Shown here one piece after another: positions 61,901-64,000 of a DNA stretch of 64,000 nt. The notes beneath the pieces are model-generated. The model saw only the letters and a list, made by a program, of their open reading frames with translations, was not told the origin of the DNA and ran no database searches. The stretch comes from Zancudomyces culisetae HAW-14-8 (Eukaryota > Fungi > Kickxellomycota): positions 1,550,001-1,614,000 of the forward strand of contig JBNJNM010000011.1 of NCBI GenBank assembly GCA_052426225.1, given 5' to 3'. Each line of letters starts with the position of its first letter. Positions within the stretch are counted from its first letter, which is position 1. The translations under genes and the position numbers were made by a program.

Positions 61901-62330
61901 CGAAAAAAATGAGATAGAAATTGTTAAGTTACTTCTGAAAGATACTACATCCCTAAATGATAGCAAATACAATTTTATTTTTCAGGCATGTACAAGTAAC
62001 AATTTGGAAATTCTGAAAATACTGTTTGAAAAGGGAGCAAGAATAAAAAGAGGAAAAGAGAGCGGGGTGATTCAGGCTTGTGAAAATAATAATCTGAAAA
62101 TTTTGAAGCTCTTGCTGGAAGGAGACTCAACTCTGGTACTCAAAAAGGATTATGGGATGAAGGAAGCTATCGATCATGAAAATGTAGAAATAATCAACCT
62201 TTTGATTGAGTATGGTGCCGATACGAGTGCACACAGAGAGCTGATTATTAGGGTTGCAAACAACCTAAATGATAAAAGTTTAATTGAGTTTTGTCAGTAT
62301 AAGGAGGGGATGTTTAAAAAAGCAACGTAA
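58914..62330 (+). CDS. F-box-like/ankyrin-repeat protein (copy 3, intact)
   Basis: First ATG is at 58914. VFNKLPASILSSIFILVQNPLLSLLTKNMY is followed by a helical region and many ankyrin repeats. Intronless. Confidence 0.9.
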   Translation: MEISNKFSNNNSVFNKLPASILSSIFILVQNPLLSLLTKNMYQASQQLDTISMYILQYALSNTKLTSKITLPKIFKKYPRIAMIEAIGELVFKKLKNLDYGMILIQAIAYNWRNILGKLLKMYVVIDRSTSTIVYKGTLFMKENEHLNIDIKGLFSKEEKLLKDLKDIKISEPLYIRPLVTEKFHFLLKKEICITIKSVAVDILVDVCNTRIEPPSEIVGSVVSEIKFIDSKYMVFGLLLCTCKVCELNSLGLLKRVLDLKINDIISFQELRLLINEFYIDRFGKLVNFIDEYGYTTKMDFLFYIVFSYYSINWDKENLVKYLEDNCSNDTYKQILFDTAVNHKKESLVERYMFDVELNSKNIRKITALALQLDSIELIKLLLENSGRLKGNLDENALKIAIKKKNYSLVQEIIDNYANTVTIFCLEEAVKIGSIRIAKLLIEAEANLKAPRFEGILIASKNKDINMLRLLLENGARANSDASASIQNLCDIKNYEITEHLVEEFNKDMIKLEASKKQIGIKKRLKLNKTLLCLTERISWNDPFSRCDDAAFEEFQYSINVCEALLGYTNSEKKDLEDSIVLTSMILCLRYEHVLWHKKHYYTKFLNVINYIIECCLQETFEDTECNEFNYKSHTAKKLESNDKYYELAKSELVDRNFEMLKLLVEYGMDVNANGSLILQTAYKAGDMNWIDYFISKGIRFEGKSDGFEQACRSNNIEVLEHWVRNGGVIPKNPEYECINMACLLDNFDMVKLLVESGVDLSDPERNGVRIACKLGLRRTLKYLLDNNAEIKGVRHHQLEYACIIEDIGVVKMILEHYDSLGILKRKDNSSSKDEENPQIESFLDNKKADGFEEYKITKALLERSEPIQNSDLIDGIKAAVTIANIEILRLLLTYKFNLSDASKILKIAVQAGNTEVIKLLFENGWNASSGTNALDVALDKKNIEVIRLLLEHGAQVKRDSYSLKEIIVENIEILELILSYCPYIGGSSCLLKTAIEKNEIEIVKLLLKDTTSLNDSKYNFIFQACTSNNLEILKILFEKGARIKRGKESGVIQACENNNLKILKLLLEGDSTLVLKKDYGMKEAIDHENVEIINLLIEYGADTSAHRELIIRVANNLNDKSLIEFCQYKEGMFKKAT

Positions 62331-62334
62331 TCAT

Positions 62335-62380
62335 AACCATGTAAACAATTTACCTGTGATTTTAATTGGTTTACATGGTT
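62335..62380. other. Inverted repeat / stem-loop just after the copy 3 stop codon
   Basis: AACCATGTAAAC-AATT ... AATT-G-GTTTACATGGTT: a 12-bp perfect stem plus 4 bp beyond a bulge. Confidence 0.6.
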
Positions 62381-62851
62381 GTATGTAAACTACTAAAATT
62401 TGATTTTTTTGGCATTTTTAATATCGAGTGTCTTTTGGATGTTATACTCAATTTTTTCTTTTTTTAAAAATAAATTCATATTATGTATTTATTATGCTTC
62501 ACTTATCCAGATACAATTATGTGTGTACCAATCTTTATTATAAATCGAAAATTCTTTCCTAGATACTATTTTTATCGATTAATCCATTACCTTAAAATTT
62601 GGTAAAAAATTAAATCGATAAAAAGAGTGTTTAAATTTAGAAACTTTATACGTAATGATGTGTGTAATGACAGACATCACTGTATAATTTTTATAAAATA
62701 AGTAAAACTAACTAAATAAAATAAATTTAAACCATATATAAACTGATGTCCCCTGTTTCCTGATGAATCTTTACCATCGTTGAGCTAGGTACTCAACCAG
62801 CTTATAAAAAATACATAGTATTTATAAAAGTCATTAGTTAAATTTTCAATA

Positions 62852-63733
62852 ATGAGTCAAAATGCAAACGTTACAGTTGAAGTTTTGCAACAGATTTTGG
62901 AGAGATTATCAGCTCTTGAAAAACAAACCGCACCAAATGATCACATGTCAGTATCAGAAATCAGTGATTCAGCAAACATCACTGCTCCATCAATCGTTGA
63001 TGCAGTCGACGATGATTCAGTTGAAAACTTCGTGGTTCCCAGACCAACACCATCTGACCTGGTCATGTATCCAAAACTGCAAAAGGCGCTACCAACAGTT
63101 GAACAGGATTTCTTTTGGACACCACTGGCAGATGTCGAACGCAAGAAGTTTTACGCAGCCATCCCAAGAAACTCTGGCATGGATTATGAACCACCAGAGG
63201 AAAACATCAAGTTATCAGGTGACAATAAACGTACTGATGCAATGTTATATGACATCCAGTACCGTTTATCAGCCGTTACAAGACCTTTGGATTACTTCAT
63301 GCACGAAGCAATCCGTGACGGAGGAGCAGTCAGTGCCGAAAAACTTGCAGTTTTTATCAACTCAATCAGAGTTTTACTTGCGGATGTTGCATCCAGTATC
63401 ACGCAACAAAGAATCAAACTGTCATACAAAGCCTCAGGAGTACCATCAGATCCTCCAGAAATGGTTTCAACATCAAGGAAGCCTCTCGTGGACATACAGC
63501 AGATGCTCGAAGTTAAAGCAGCTGCAAATACATTGCAGCGTGCAACAAAAAATGTGCAGCAGAGAAGACCAAGATTCAACGCAACCAGGACCTTCCCAAG
63601 CATTCCGTTTCAGCCATCAGTTAACCAGAATGTTCAAGCAGAGCCGCAGCAGATCCAACAACAACGACAACACAAATCCGCTGCTACTGGCGGTAATTTT
63701 CGGTTTGCAAACAGCAGCAAACACCGAAAGTAG
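62852..63733 (+). CDS. DIRS-type retrotransposon ORF1 (gag-like)
   Basis: 293-aa ORF (D..LYDIQYRLSAVTRPLDYF) directly upstream of, and overlapping, a DIRS-like RT frame. Confidence 0.75.
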   Translation: MSQNANVTVEVLQQILERLSALEKQTAPNDHMSVSEISDSANITAPSIVDAVDDDSVENFVVPRPTPSDLVMYPKLQKALPTVEQDFFWTPLADVERKKFYAAIPRNSGMDYEPPEENIKLSGDNKRTDAMLYDIQYRLSAVTRPLDYFMHEAIRDGGAVSAEKLAVFINSIRVLLADVASSITQQRIKLSYKASGVPSDPPEMVSTSRKPLVDIQQMLEVKAAANTLQRATKNVQQRRPRFNATRTFPSIPFQPSVNQNVQAEPQQIQQQRQHKSAATGGNFRFANSSKHRK

Positions 63734-64000
63734 GAGGGAGACTGAGGATGTTCCAGGAGGCTTGGATGCGCCTCACAGATCACAAATGGATACTCCAAGT
63801 GATCTCAGAAGGGTTCAGAATCCCCTTCAAAACGCATCCACCGACGGTCAAGCAGAAAAAACCGTTAGGTTACAACTTAAAAAAGCTTCCAGAAAAAGTG
63901 GTCGAACAGGAGATAGCAAACCTCCTGTCAAAGAAAGCAATAGAGGAAGCTTCATCCGCGCAGCCAGGGTTCTACTCAAATCCGTTTACAATCCCAAAGA
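62852..64000 (+). mobile_element. DIRS/tyrosine-recombinase retrotransposon, 5' part (runs off the window)
   Basis: The frame open from 63697 encodes VGGRLRMFQEAWMRLTDHKWILQVISEGFRIPF..EQEIANLLSKKAIEE..PGFYSNPFTIPK, the characteristic DIRS1 RT N-terminus. The left boundary (probably ~62630-62750) is not resolved. Confidence 0.85.

Noticed and set aside
62740-62810. CTGATGA in the DIRS leader as a hammerhead ribozyme core
   Set aside because: No downstream stem II plus GAAA, and no compatible stems I/III could be built.

Overview
Eukaryotic, AT-rich fungal DNA with GT-AG spliceosomal introns. The gene content suggests an early-diverging fungus, possibly Harpellales/Kickxellomycotina; this is inference and no marker was checked. 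The first ~24 kb is mainly housekeeping: RRP4, TSR3, an I78 protease inhibitor, an 11-exon malonyl-CoA decarboxylase, an intronless bacterial-type DUF1636 metal-binding protein, a 4-exon UBL3/MUB protein with a CAAX box, gamma-glutamyltranspeptidase and VMS1/ANKZF1. From ~24 kb on the window looks accessory and fast-evolving. It holds an HMG-box factor, three F-box-like/ankyrin paralogs (pseudogene, frameshifted, intact) with mosaic identity, a dead trypsin-like gene, a repeat-laden NUP98-96, two tandem 7TM receptors, two small secreted proteins (one beta/gamma-crystallin-like), a 746-bp solo LTR with a 4-bp TSD, and the start of a DIRS-type retrotransposon. No rRNA, tRNA or CRISPR array was recognised. 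All family calls are by motif recognition only, with no database searches.
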